From contig JAYWIR010000019.1 of assembly GCA_036172245.1 (NCBI GenBank), positions 3,286,001-3,350,000 on the forward strand: a stretch of DNA of 64,000 nucleotides. Direction: 5' to 3'. The notes under the pieces are model-generated. The model had not been told where the DNA came from. It worked only from the letters and a program-made list of their open reading frames with translations, and did no database searches. Source of the stretch: Raillietiella orientalis (taxonomy: Eukaryota). The position numbers were made by a program, and so were the translations under genes. Shown in pieces: positions 1 through 13,500 of the stretch (its first letter is position 1; each line of letters opens with the position of its first letter).

Positions 1-1499
1 ATGCAGCTCACAATTAGAGTCTCGTGAAAGTTTAGCATCCGCCGATCATCACCTGGATCGGGATTCTTTTTCGAGTTCTTTAATCTAGCGCCATCACCCG
101 CTTGTCGCACCTCTCGGGAACACCTTATCGCTAACGAGTTGAGCATCCATTTCCGTCATTTGTTCGGCATTCATGAGCGGAAATTAAGCAGATTGGAAGA
201 CCGATATCCTGATGATAAAAGATCGGCAGTCCGATTCCTGCCGTATTTGGAAAAAAAAAAAAAAAATAGAGAGGCTCGAAGGAGTGATGGAACATTTTCC
301 CCAAGCTGGACGTGCAGCGACATGCAAATTTTCGATATCATGCAGGAACAGGAAAGTTTCAAAAGACAGACTTGGCCCTGACGGAATCGAAAACCCGACG
401 TCAGACACTGGCCGGGAAGCAGATAGAGAACGATGGAAGGTCAAGTGTATGAATGCCGTATTTGCACACCAGCATCGCTTGCATGAAAAGCGGAATGACC
501 TTGCAGCTCTGAGAATTCGTAGGTCTCAGAAGAAGCCGTCCTTACGCAGGATGCCCAGGTTGTTCTCCATTCTACCTGGGACTTGATTTCATCTACGTAA
601 TGTATCTCCTTGTTCTTCTGGCTGGCTAAGTAGGTCCTCGCGTTGCGGTGGTGAAGACTGAAATCTGCAGCAGCCAGGTTCTGCCTTGGCAGTCCAAACA
701 ACAACCGTGTTTTGAGAACGGTTTCAAGAAAGGAAGCTGTTCTGGTTCCGACGTACCAAAAGTGCTTGTCACAGGAATTCCAGAGCAAATACCGCAGTCC
801 GAAGCTCTGGCATCGCGTGAGCGCGAGGTGCCACTATGTTCCGTGAAATTAGCGACCTGCAACTCGTGTTCAGACAGACAGTTTCTCTTCTGAAGGGAAT
901 ACCCCGAACACCTTCAGTTTAGCCGTCACAGCCGCACCTCGGATGACTTCAAGAATCGGGCTGCATTTCATCGGATCCAATGGATTCAACTTGCACTGCC
1001 GTTCCATCCTCCTGGATCTCCTCGGGAATCCAGTACTCCGCATCCATCTCAGTCGGAGCGCCAGTGGAACTCGGAACCAGGTGCCTCAACTTCAAGAACG
1101 TTTGCAAGGGTTCAAATTTATTCCAGGGAGGCGGTGCAGATGAACCACGCCTGGTGGATGACCTCCGAAGATTACTGTGCTTTAAAGATGTGGTTCACGC
1201 GAGAGAGATGCCGAAAGGACTTGGTGGCCGGTTGGTGGTTGAATTGATTTGAGACTTCGGTACGGATGCTGATGAGGAACAATTCTAAGACGACGCTAGA
1301 GCATTCGGATTTAGCAAGTTTCGCAGATGAGGTAGCCAGAGAGTCTGCTCGAAGAATGCGAAGCTTTCTAAAGCTCGGAAGAGAGTCTCGCCACAGCCTT
1401 TCTAAAGGAAACTCGTCTCGGAAGCACAGAGGACGTCAGCAGCTTCAAGAACTATCCACCTGACAGCACTGAAGGAAGGGCCTGCGGTCGGAGAGAGAA

Positions 1500-2950
1500 G
1501 AGGCACTGCGATCCCGAAGACCAGTTGAACACTCTAATGGAGGCAGTGTGGGAATCCTACAAAACCCAAGGCACTTCGAAGACGCAAGTTTTCCAAGAAT
1601 CATCTCATTGTAGCTTTCCCGGAGCCACTGTCGACAAGAGCTGCTTCTTTCACTTCGCAAACCATCCCAGTCAAGCTGCAGATTCCTTGTGCAGTGCAAA
1701 CATGGCATCAGGAAAAGCTGGAGAGTGACCCTTCGGGCACTTAAATAAGGAATAAGATGGAATGGAGGGAATGAAGCAACAGTCGGTTTTCCTTTTTCCG
1801 GATTTCGCTCCATTCCCCCAGTGGAGGAAGGCACATCGCCTGCGGAAGGAAGGTCTCCCGTACAAACAGACGCCCGACAAACACTTGGCATCTTCCAGCA
1901 CGGCGCGTCTTCCGTTTAACTTTCCACCCACCCTCTATTCCAACCTTCGCTTCCTTTCCTTCTTTTCCGAAATTTACTGTCTCTGGATGCATAAATATCC
2001 GATGGTTGGATTAATGGACTCTTTAAGAGGTTAATTGCCTCAAAAGATTGGCGAAGCAGTAAACTGCAAGCAGTAAAACGCAAGATGCTCCCGAACATGA
2101 CCGGCGCAGTTGCTTTCGCGAAAAGCGCCGGTCCGGACAGGTGATCGCGAGAATGGATTCCTCTTTCCCGGAGCGACGCCTCGTGGCTACCTGAGAGCTG
2201 TCTCGGTGGAAACGGAAACGCGGTAAAAAAAAAAATTCGAGAGCGCGATCCCACATCAGGTGGCGAAGAGAGCAATCGACTAGGGGATGTTCTCCCAGGA
2301 AGGAGATCCGGCACTTTGGGACGCTTGGGAATCTGAGATGAGAAAGGAGGGAGGGAGAGACGGCAGAGGAAGCTGAGAGACGGTTCCTTCGTTCCGAAAG
2401 GGAGGCGACTGAGCAAGATTTGCATTGGCCGGACTGGATGGTTGAGGGTTCTGCCGCCGCAGTGAAGGAGACACCTTCGCTGTGGCGACAGAGACCTCTA
2501 TCAGTGAAGATACCTTCACCTCCCTCTAAAAATGACAACAGCGGCGAATTGGATCTCCTCTTACGGTTCCCTTCTACGAAATGTTACCTGAAGCAAGGAT
2601 AAGATCTTGTTTTTGTAATCTTAAGGTAAGATTGTAATAGAAGTAGATATACCGTTTTGTAGAGCGTCGCCAAAGCTCCTTCGAGAGCTCAGTGCTCCCG
2701 CTGAGGAAACCTGCTTGACGGGCGTTCCACAGATTGTAAATTGATACCCGAATCATGTAAATGCCAGGTGACGCGGATGCTATTGAATTCGATGTCATCA
2801 ATCCTGTCTACAAAATGCAGCACCACAGGATCGTTGGGGATCTCGAATGTTCTCTCAGGATGTGCGGAGCGATTCGCCACCGCTTTCCTAACGCCACCGA
2901 AAGGAGGAAGGTCCCTGAGAAGATTCCGGGAATAAGAGAACGAAACTGAG
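1500..2950 (-). pseudogene. Possible leucine-rich-repeat protein relics
   Basis: LRR-like pieces NLLRDLPPF, IEFNSIRV...INLQSVE, PFHLIPYL and IPTLPPLE on one strand; heavily disrupted. Confidence 0.3.
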
Positions 2951-4276
2951 AGAGAATTAGTGGCTTTGAATGGCCAGGGAGGAAGAAAAATCACGCGGAG
3001 CCGTCTTCTGCGTGCTGCCTGCCACGGAGAAGAGAATGCAGGAAGATTTCGCTTTCTTTCCGGAACAAAAGTTTTGCCCCAGTTTTTGAGAGCGAGTGGA
3101 TAACAGGCGAGAGAGCTGCACAGCAGTGCTTTGACAGCTTCAGAATGGAATGGACAAAGCAAAGTGAGACGAGAAGAATGAAACGCTGAGGCAAGTCGGA
3201 AGAGCGGGGGGGTCGAGAGAGAGAGAGAGAAAAAAAATGATGATGATCAAGCGTCTCCATGGATATCACCATCATGGAGAAGGCGATGCTAGTCTTCCCA
3301 TCGATCGTCTTGTCAATTCTCCACATGAAATCCGCTGATATCTGGAAGATCTCCAAAGCACAACTTTGGATACCAGTTCATTTAATTTCCCGAACTTGAA
3401 AAGAAGCCACGAACAGGAAGACTGGGTTTCTAGGAAAGATCTCAGAAAAGAACCTCTCAGAACGATGATGTCAAAGCAAGCGGGAAGACAACTCGCTGAA
3501 GAATCGAAGCTAGATGCTTCTAGCTCTGTTTGCAAATAAAAACGCACCATTCATCCGACCGAACACTTGAAAGTCTTTCTGATAGTGTCATACAGCTGCA
3601 GATATTAAGATAGCCATCAGCGCGATAAAAACAAATCATGCATCAGAAGAGAAGAAACGCGAGATGAGCTCATCTCTGAAAGTGAAAAGAAGATTAAAGT
3701 ACGACAGCATCAGTGACTGGCTCTGTTATGAGAAGGCGAATTATACATTTGCCTCATTCCGCATCATTTCAGTGGGCAAGTCGGCATCGACTGCTGCCAC
3801 GAGACTTCAGCAGCGCTCAAAGGGAGAAATCATCAGATGAATTTTCGTGTTATGAGATGTAAAGGTAGGCTTTTAAGCGTGAAACCTCTGAAAATCCCGT
3901 TTGTGGAATCCCTCTGCTCTCTCTCTCTCTCTCTCTCTCGCCAGGAAGAATCCGTGGACAAAAATAGCCATGACAGTTTCAACGAAATTCAAGATGGAAC
4001 GGTCAACTAGATGGATTGCAAAGTGCTTAATCGATGAGAGATTTCTCTCTTTTTTTTTACATGAAAAAAAAAAGAGAGAGAATTCTTGAAAATACAGACG
4101 ATGAAAGCTATTCTCAAATACTTAAAATAAGTTCTGGGCATCAAGGAATTGTCCAGGAACAGGCACTGTTTAGTTTCAGAGGAATACTACACTCAAGAAA
4201 GCATGGCTGTCCTGTGGTGCTCAATATAGGTAATTGTTTTCCAATCGAATCAATTAAGAAATGAACCAACGGGTGA

Positions 4277-4460
4277 AATATCGATGAAGGTTTCTTCGAA
4301 AGCAAGGATCTGTCAACAATGAAGCTTCTATCAACAATGTAGGTTCTATTAACAATAAGGATATCAACAATGAAGATTCTATCAACAATGGAGGTTCTAT
4401 CAAGAAATAAAGATATTAACAATGAAGGTTCTTTTAACAATGAAAGGTCTGCCAACAGTG
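4277..4460. repeat. Degenerate minisatellite of about 18 bp (TCTATCAACAATGAAGGT)
   Basis: Repeated (T)CAACAATGAAG units at 15-18 bp spacing. Confidence 0.85.
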
Positions 4461-6569
4461 GAAAAATCCGAGACTTTTGACGAGTAAAGATTTGAACAGC
4501 AACGAGATTATCGTTGGTACGGAAGTAAAAGTGTACTGCAAACCAGTACGCTCAAAAATATAAGAAAACAAAAGCTTCAGGATATAATGAATAAGCTAGC
4601 TGCCGTGTTTGATTGGTATTTTTTCTGTAACTGACGGGTGGGCTGTATGCGTCCCCACTAAGTGGTAGGAGGCGTTCTCGAGTGGAGAAGCTTCTTATCG
4701 GAATGAGCTCTCGGGGAAGTTGTTAACTGAAATTTAATTCAGCCGCTTTATTCATTTTCGCTACTGTTCCTGGGTGCAAAAATGGGATCGTCAACAATTA
4801 GCCCTTCCCTCAAGATTTCTGTACTTCCATCTCCTGGATTTATCTCACTGTCTTTGTTTTCAATCCGAGCACTTGATTTTCGAGGTTTGGCGGGAACAAC
4901 ATGGATATCCTTATGTTACTCCACTTCATCGCTCTCTCTACATTTTTCGAAGAACCATTTGCCTGAACTTTGGTTACTTTTGAACAAACAAAACGATGTA
5001 GAGTTATCCACCAACTTCCTCTTTTGCTCTCTGCCATAGATATTTTTGACAGCCTTCTGGTTTCAGTATGCGTCTCAACAAACTGAATTTAAAAATATCT
5101 TCCAGGAGAAATTCGATAAAAGCAGTCCTCTATTAAATGGAAAGGTTAAGTGTGCAGGGTGTGAAGTGAGGCAAAAACTGAAAACTCTTGATTTTCTTCA
5201 TGTCTGAGTGCGTTTCCTCGTCAAAGAAAAAGAAGAAAAGGGAAAATGAAAATCCAGGAAAATCTCCATCCTTGGAAGAAGGAGAAATCTGCATTCCACG
5301 ATGCTGATTAAAGAAATTAAGCATTCATTTGTGCTTTTGTGATTCTTCTGAATGCAACAGGGTGAAGACTCAATGCCCACAAGTGGGTGTAACTTGGAAA
5401 CCTTTGAAAACAATTTTGTTGTTTATTTAAAATTGTTGGATCCACGTAATAATCATGACACGAATATCTCTAAATGAACTAAACTCAAAAATAAAATAAA
5501 ATAAAATACGAAGCACCTTTTTGATGAGCTCGTGGTAATTGACAAAAACGAAGAGCAAAGACACTTCATGCTCTGAACTTCTCATTAGCAAATCATGAAA
5601 TTTGGACTTCAAATTTTGCATCCGGAATGGGTCCACAGGGGATCATTCACTGTGAGTGGTTTTCTCTCGTCAAGCGATGCTGCATGCAAACGGCTTCAAT
5701 GAATTCTTCCAGGAAATGGAGTTTCCTTTAAGCCACAAAGCGCTCCGTAAAGTGCTGCTTCTCTCACATTCCAGTTTTCTCGCTAGTGGGAATTGAATTA
5801 ACCATTTGATAGGGTGCGAGATCTTAGATCTTAGAAGGCGATCCAGAAAATAAGATTCAGGATTCCAATTCCAAACCGTCAGTGGACAGCACTTCTGGAT
5901 TTGCTCTCAAATAATTTAACTAAGCAGAGAGGAAATCCACTTCTGACTTTAAGCGATGTTTCTTCGATCAGTAGATATCTTCTGGCTGATTAAAACAACA
6001 TGTTTGCAAGTTGACTTTCGTCAACGCTATCATATAGACCTCCATTCCCAGTTCTAGAAACTGTTGACTTTCAGCTTCTTGTCTACCAAACCCCTTTACC
6101 GAAAGTACCTTGGACACTTGAGCAGCAGCAAAGGGTCCCAGAAGCGTACTGTCTTCATCTACTTCCTTTCCGCTAGGATCGTTCCTGAAAAGCTGCGGTG
6201 CAAACATCCACATACTCCTGCTCGCGCTGCTAGTCAACACTGCCATATCACATGCTCACATCTCTGGAGTCAGCTTCATAAGAAAATCTTGATTTCGTTT
6301 GTTACTTCTGTACATGGGTCGGTGTCCGCTCAGCGTACGATCTTGAATACTTCGGACAGTAGAGATTGCACACCCTCCATGGGGAACAGTAGAAGATTCA
6401 TTTCTACGATCTCTCTTTTCCCACTTTAGAAGAAAGAGGGAGGCTGATAGAAGAGAATTGAAATCGTTGGAACCTCTATAATGTGAAGTGTAGAAAAGGG
6501 AGGGAGAAACTGGCCTTGAAGCACAGCTAGGATGCCTGATTTACGAGTAGGACACAAGAATCGTACTAC

Positions 6570-6730
6570 TCCAAAGGGAATGTTCAACTGCTCACAGTGT
6601 GCTACTGAAGGTGTCTTCACAAGAGTTGTCCCTCGATCGGGCCACACCCTTTCTCCACACGTTGCCTTAGCAAGCAATGCGGCGTTCTCAGCGCGAGACG
6701 TGCTGAGGTCTCATCCACATCCCTCAAAGA
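6570..6730 (+). pseudogene. C2H2 zinc-finger relic
   Basis: FNCSQCA...F followed by KQCG/FSARDVLRSHPH across a frameshift. Confidence 0.35.
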
Positions 6731-9700
6731 TGAGCAAGCTGCAGAAAGAAGAACAGTCTCCCAGATACTCATTCGTGCCTGGGAGGTAAATCCTGTGGAA
6801 AAAACCGAAATGGACTCTGAGCGTTTTGTGAGATTTGGGAGCGCTCCCTCATCCTTCTTCACAAGGCGATGAGGCCTCAGAAACGCCCTTATTCGAGGGA
6901 GGTGACCCACGAGGAATGTCCTGTACGTCAGATGCGCAAGCTGCCCGAAGTCTCGTGAAGCAGAGTCACATGAATCGACATCGCAGATCTTAGGTCAAGA
7001 AAGAACTCGAATCTTGAATGCCTCAGTAGACACAAACCTTCCCGAAATCTCTTGGCGACCGCCCTCAGAAATTCACCTGTCATTCCAAAGATACCAAGCC
7101 ATGCAGAAGAGGGAGAAGGTCAACAGAGTCAGCATCCGACAAGGTTTCAGGAAAATGGTAGTTTCCTTGTGGTTCGATTTGGCTCTGTCTTTGAATCTGC
7201 TGCAGATGATTGATCTGTCTGTCCGCTGTCGTTCCCTCACCGGTAAAAATCGAAAAGCCAGCGCCTCAAAGCCAGGTCGTGTCACAGAGTTCCAATGAAG
7301 ACCTTCTTAATTCCCTCCATTGTGATATCGTTGTCGTTTTCTACTGAAAAGGAGGTCGGTTGCTCGGTCTGGTCCTTGCGGTTTTCTTCCATGGGAGAAA
7401 ATTAGCGCGCACCGACATTTCCTGCAGCTCGCGCTTCGTGAAACCACACCTTCGACGACGCCCCTCTGGCTCGGTTAGGCGTGGCAGCGTCCTCTATCGC
7501 TGCGGATTCAAATCCTCGGCAACAAAAAATATCCCGAGACGGTCAGCGTCTCGCCCTATGTCATTAGGTGCGGCGGCTCGTATTTCTCTAGAAGGGTTTC
7601 CGAGAACCCTGAAGAAGAAGACAGGGTGGGGAGCAAAACGAGAGGCCCATCTGTTTCTCTGTCTCTTCCTGAACATTTTTTTTTTCCCTAGGAAGACGAA
7701 GGAATTGGGAATCTTGTCCATTTGAAAGGATTTAAAAGATGCGGAAGTGGATCTTTCTAAGACACCAGAGTCTCCCGCGCCCTCAGCTCCAAAGAAAGAA
7801 AGAAAAGTCTCTTTGTTCGCGGAGGAAGAAGTCTTTTTGTCCAATTAATAGTGGTTTTCTTCGGAAACTGGACGACGAAAAGAGAGGACACGCTTGTGAA
7901 TCGGAGGAAGGTAGGAAATCGCCTCAGAAGGTCTTGAACCAAGCAGCAGGGCTTCCCATAGCATTCTTCACGGATTGCGAGTTGACGCAGAAAAGCTGAG
8001 AGTGTCCTCGAATGGAGCACCTGGCCGCGGGGCGAACCTCACCGGCCGAAGCAGAGAAGCAGGTGAATTGGAATCAGCTGCCAGCACGCTCGGACTCAAC
8101 GACGTTTTTCGAGGACGCGCGTGGAACGCAGCGCGAGGCGCTCGCGGGGGACCCCAACACATCTCAAGAAAGCCCTTTACTTCAGCAGAAGGTTCGCGCG
8201 CTGACCGCTCAAGGGCTCTCGGTCCTCATTTTCGAGCGCGAGCTCGCAATCTCGGAGAGTTCACCTTCATATCCAGATGGTCTGTCCCCCCCTCCCCTTC
8301 CTCACAAACTCAGCAATGCCTCTAGTGGTCTTAGCGCCGGATACCCGAAAGCGTAAGGTTGCGTGGGATTCGGAGCTCTGCAAGAGCACAGCAGGGAAGC
8401 GGGCTTCTCCCTACCTTCCCTCCCTCAGTCGGAGGTACCTCGGTTAGCGTCAGAGAAGGCAGCCAACCCTGCCGTTACCTGGGCAACGAGGTCAGCGCTG
8501 AGGTCCGAACTAGCGGGAGGCTGCGAGCCTTCCGCCGCGTAAGCCACAGCGCAAGATCGCCGTCGATTGTACGTCCCGCAGCTCGCCTGGCCCGGCTGAC
8601 CGCGCATGCTCAGACGCGAGAACCGACTTCCGCTATCAGCTGAACAGAGGATCCCGCCTGCGTGTGAGAACGCTCGCCGGACGGCTGGGTCGTCTACGAC
8701 TCCGCATCTGAGGTGACACTGCCTGGTGCAATAGGGGCGACCCATGTGGGGACGCGACCGGGATCGGGTCGGAAGAAGGATGAATTCCGCCTCGGAGGTG
8801 CGGTAAGGAAAAAAGTGGGGTGCGGACGCCGCTCCGCTCCCCCCCCCCCCCCCCCCAGACGCACCTAGCGGGTCTACCACCGTTGGCAAGGAGGAACGCC
8901 TCACCATTGCCTCACCAAATTGTATCGGAAGAGGAGGAGCTGGAGAAGAGTGGCGGGACCGCAAAGAGAGGCGGAACGACAGCAGGTCCCGGAAGGTCAG
9001 CCTCTTCGATGAGACGAGAAAATCCTGCCGAACGCGGCGTCGCACCAGATCAGTCGCCCACCCATCCCATAGGAAGGGACCAGAGTAAGCGCTGTCAGAA
9101 CTGGACCACAAATAGGAAGCTGATTTCTGACTCCCGGGGAGCGAGCTCTCTGAAGGTCAGGGACGAGACCGGGTGTAGCGCGGAACCCGCCGGGTTGCCG
9201 GATTACAGTTCGGCGCCTCGGACGCGGCCTGCTCCCGGAGGCCGCCGAGTCGCGCGGGAGCCGGCAGGATCCCTGAAGGGATCTCTTCTTGCCTCAGGGG
9301 AGGTTTCCTGCAGGAAGGTTGCTCCTGCGCGTGCCGTGGCCAGAAACCTTCCCACACACGCACGCATGCACGCATGCACTCGAAAGAGCGCCCTGGGGAT
9401 ACTCTCCTGGACTTCCGGGGTCGCGGGAGCTCGAGCGACATTTGCCACCGGGAATCCTCTTCCTATATCGCGCGTAGAGCACGACTGCAACCTTTTCAGG
9501 CTGTCGGAGATGACGGAAGAGAGGAGAGTGAGGCAGCGGTTTGGAGCGCGCCTTCCTTTGGTGTCGTGGCGCAAATGACCCTCTCAGGTCGAAAAGGAAG
9601 GCCAGGTGGCCTCCTGGGAGCTTTGAGCGCTCTTCGTCAACGAGAAGCTGAGGACCGGGGACCCGCCTGCCCGATCCACAGGCTGAACTGTTTTTCAGGG

Positions 9701-10377
9701 AGTCCCCAGTGCGCGGAGGAATTCAGTTCCGACCACGCCGCTTCCGGATCGCGAGAGGGGTCATTGCAAACAGCCACCGGGTCACGCGCGCTGAGCAGAT
9801 CCGACTGCCGCTCCCCCCGTTCAAGAAGACCGCGACTGGGATCTGCACCACCCCGGCTATGGCTCTCGTAAGAAGAAAAGGAGGGAAAGAAGAAAGCAAA
9901 GAGAGGAAGAGAGGGCAAGGAAAGAGGTCCGATGGACTGGGATGAACCCGACAGCCGCACCGGAAAGAAATGCCGCCGGAGGGGATAACCTCCGGAAGGC
10001 GCTCCTCGTGCCGGACGGCTCCTCCTCTTCCTCCCCCTCGATCGCTGATGGGGGTTGAGTCAAGGTGGACTTCCGTCCCACCTCCCAAGACCCCGCGTCT
10101 CTTCGCCACGTTGCAGCATTTCCCTGGATACCGATCTCCCCTCCCGTCCTTCTCTCTTCCGCGGTGCCTTCCGGAGTGACGAGATCCCTCCTCGGGCAGG
10201 ACGGACCCTGCTTGTCGGGGGATCTGTACGCTCCCGCGCCCTCCGGGTTGCGAAACTAGGGGGGGAAGGGGGTGCGCGTTGATCCCGGCGTGATCCTTTC
10301 ATCCCTCCCCCAGAAGGACTCCCCGTCGCGCACCTCCCCCCCCCACCCCCCTCCGCTCAAGAATCACTGACGAGTAC

Positions 10378-11394
10378 CTGGGAGAGCCCGTGGTCTCTCG
10401 TGCCGGCGGTCTCCGCTCCGATGCCGCTGTCCGGAGAAGACAGGTCGATGGTCAGTCCAGGACCTCCCACTTTGTACACAGCACTGGGACGCACGTACCG
10501 GTCCACGTACGAGTTCTCAAGGTGGCTGTCGTGGGCGTAGCCGAGGTGCCTGATGCTCAGGTAGTGGTCGGAGGTCGGGGAGTCGTAGTACTCGCGGTAG
10601 TAGTGGTCGCCTCCGGCCCCCATGCGGTACATAGGGTCACCGTCGTCGACGGGACTGGCCACGGACGCCAGGGAGTCCGCGGAGGGGTGGTGCTGGTGCT
10701 GGTGGTGGTGGTGGTGGTGGTGGTGATGGTGCAGGCTCGCGAACGCCACCACGCTGTCGTAGTGTCCATTCGAGAACCCGTGGCCGCTGCCGCTGCCGCC
10801 TCCACCTCCGGTAGCATACGGGGACTGCTGCAGCATCTTCTCCGAGTCCATTGAGTTCTGCACGATCACGGATCCGCCTCCGGCGGGATCCCTGCCCACT
10901 TGCTGCTGCTGCTGCTGCTGCTGCACGAGCACGTTGGGAGAGTGGCGGGTGGCAGGCGAGGAAGGGAGGCCGTCCATGCCAAGGACCCTCGGGCTCTTGC
11001 ACTCTTCCTTGATGAGGATGTGAGAGAGGATGCCGCCGCCGCCCGAAGACGACGATGATGACGACGACGGCAGTGGCCCGGAAGGAACCGAGGCAGCGCC
11101 GATCACCGAGGGGCCCAGGACCTCCATTCCCGGGTGGGCCAGAGCTCCCGCCTTGTTCACGATGACCGAGTCGCCCAGCTCGCCGCCACCGTGGTCGCCT
11201 CGGGAGCCCATGAGAGTGACTTGGGACATCTCCGGGGCTGCTGCTCCCTTCCAGCGATGGCTCCGCTCAGCAAAGGGTTCCCATCCGAGGCATCTCGCGG
11301 CGGAAGCTTCGCTCGGGAGGATGCCCGGCTCGGAAACTGCCCGCCCGGATGACGAATCGCTCCGAGAAAGAGGATGACCCATCTGCCGTCTCAT
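10378..11394 (-). CDS. grh: Grainyhead (Grh/CP2 family transcription factor), large N-terminal coding exon of about 339 aa; DNA-binding domain exons not seen in window
   Basis: Long clean ORF with poly-S, poly-Q and poly-H tracts, ending YVDRYVRPSAVYKVGGPGLTIDLSSPDSGIGAETAGTRDHGLSQ. This matches my recollection of the arthropod Grh motif FVDRYIR...GLTVDLPSPDSGIGADAITPRDQ. It is followed directly by a phase-0 donor CAG|GTACTC at 10378/10377. Start placed at the first ATG (11394); ATG 11382 or a later one is also possible. Confidence 0.85.
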
Positions 11395-11529
11395 TGGTCG
11401 GACCGAGCGGTGACGTCGAGGCAAGTGCGCTTTTCTTTTTTCCTTTTTTTTTTTTTCTCTTACTCTCCCCCTCCTCTTCCTCTTCCTCCTCCTCCTCCTT
11501 CCTTTCTTTCCCTCTGTGCGTGGTTTGTC

Positions 11530-11555
11530 CACGTGGACCCGCGCGGGTCCACGTG
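11530..11555. promoter_or_regulatory. Perfect 26-bp palindrome with a CACGTG E-box at each end, about 135 bp upstream of the grh ATG
   Basis: CACGTGGACCCGC|GCGGGTCCACGTG is its own reverse complement and is flanked by GA/CT-rich tracts. The regulatory role is inferred. Confidence 0.45.
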
Positions 11556-12279
11556 CGCACCTCTCTCTCTCTCCCTCTTTCATTTTCCTTTTTTCTTCCT
11601 TTGAGCCTCTTCTCTCACTCTCTCTCTCTCTCTCCTTGATCTCAGGGCGATCTATGCGGGGCTTGGACGGAGCTACCGCGCTCTCGGTGGATGCCACGCG
11701 CGGGCGTGGGCGCGCTCGAGCCCGATCCCCAGGCGGCGCGGGGCGTGAAGGAGACGGGTGAGGCGGTGGCGGCGGCGACCGGCAAGGGAAAAGCAGGGAA
11801 GGGGGAGCAGAAAAAGTGGAGGAAGTAGAGGAAGACAGGATGAGGAGGAGGGAGAGAGAGAGAAGGGGGTAGGTCAGCGGAGGAAGAGGAGCCTCCGTGC
11901 TGCTGTGGCGTCCGCCACCACTCGAAACCCGGCTCTCGTCCTCTAGCGAAACGTCACAGCAAGAGGCATGCGCAGGCTAGAAAAAATCAGAAAAGAGAAG
12001 GAGGATAAGGAGGACGGGGCTAGGAAGAAGGAAGGAGGGAAAGAAGAGGACGAGAAAGGGGGGAGAAAGTTAAGCATCCCTGAGGCGAAGATTGCATCCT
12101 CAAGGGTGCATTTCTTCCTCTCCCCTCTTCCCCTCGCAACCCTCACAGACGGTACCTCTCCTCCATCGGGAAGCGAATCTGGGCTGGGAGAGCACCTGCC
12201 CTTCTCGGCTTGCTGAGTCGTCGCCTGGAGGCACGAAGAGGAGGACCACAGGAGCAAGGAAGTGCTCCGAAGTACCTCC

Positions 12280-13500
12280 AGGTGAATGTATGCCCTCGGA
12301 TGGCAGGTGTTCTTCAAGACGCCACCCGATGGAGGAGAGGAAACTGCGGAAGATAAGACCGAACCACCACGTGGTTGTGGAGCAGGAGACTGCCTGCCCG
12401 CACAACAAGCTTCCATAGGGATGAACAGAGGGAGGGGCCACCGATGTCCTTTCCAATGCCCCTTCCGATCCCTTGGTGGAGTCCTGGAGGCTCAGGCAGG
12501 AAGAAGTGCTGCAAGGAGCAGAGCGGAAGGACCTGACGGGAGTGCAAGGATGTACACGAGTGCCTGAGTGTTCTGGGACTCACGCTGGAAATACCGAAGG
12601 AGGACGTTAGCAGTGATGTCGACTTCCCCCATGGCACTCTCGATCCCACAGGGCAGTCGGTGGATGGATGGCGATGAATTCAAGCTGAAACTCTGTTGGC
12701 GTCCCTGGCTCGCCAGCTCTACAAAAAGGAAGAAGGAAAAAAAGCTGGCACTGCATTTGAGAAGAACGTGGTTTCACTATTGGCTAGCAGGGAGAGGCCT
12801 GTCAGCGCTAGTAGTTCCAAGGAATGTTTCCAGACTAGTACTAAGAATGGATGAGGGTCTTGGGTTGCTTTCTTTCCCCGCGGTCGCTGCAAGAACGATG
12901 GCACGATCCATCGGAAACACGTGCTCTACAAAGAAAGCGGTCAACTTCGCTCTGGAAGCTGAGAGTGGAGACTGGCGTATCACTGGGGAAAGGGACTTTC
13001 GAGCATCCGTTTCTTGAAAGAATGGCCTTCCAGATTCCATCTACCAGGCTTCATCTTCCGATTGTCATTGGTGAACAGAGAGGTCACATGGGATAAATGG
13101 ACCGGGACCTTTACGAACTTCACCATCCTGATGCCTGTCCATCTTCTGACTCGCTCGTTTGAGATTGCGTCCGAACGGAGCGAACCAGAAGAATCTTCCG
13201 TCCACATTCGCATCAGTCTGTACCAATTCTTATTGGGAATCGATGCCATGAAGGATACTACCATCAGAAGGATGTCGCAGACCAGGGGTCCAGTATATAC
13301 CGCGGCCATCTTGAGTGTTGGAAGCAACCAACCACGAGGCACCTCATTATGTTCGAAGAATGGCAGCGGAATCTCCATCCCTCGCCTCTTCATTCGTCTG
13401 CGTATGCCCAAGTGGTAACGCCTGCAGGCAGCTATCAAGATGGTGACAACTATCAAGGCTCTTGCGGTCATCATTGGGCATTTGTAGAATGGCAACGATT
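12280..13500 (-). pseudogene. Possible decayed multi-pass membrane protein (gustatory-receptor-like)
   Basis: Several spaced hydrophobic segments (ALIVVTILIAAC, PLVCDILLMVVSFMASI, PFLVLVWKHSLELLALTGLSL, ALVYILALP) broken by frameshifts. No diagnostic motif is intact. Confidence 0.25.

Noticed and set aside
4277..4460. CRISPR array (also considered for 47000-47320)
   Set aside because: The units are contiguous and degenerate with no unique spacers, there are no cas genes, and the context is eukaryotic.
11395..11697. N-terminal extension of the 446-aa grh ORF
   Set aside because: It starts at a non-ATG codon and is a translation of GA-rich low-complexity sequence (K/R/E runs); more likely 5'UTR or promoter.
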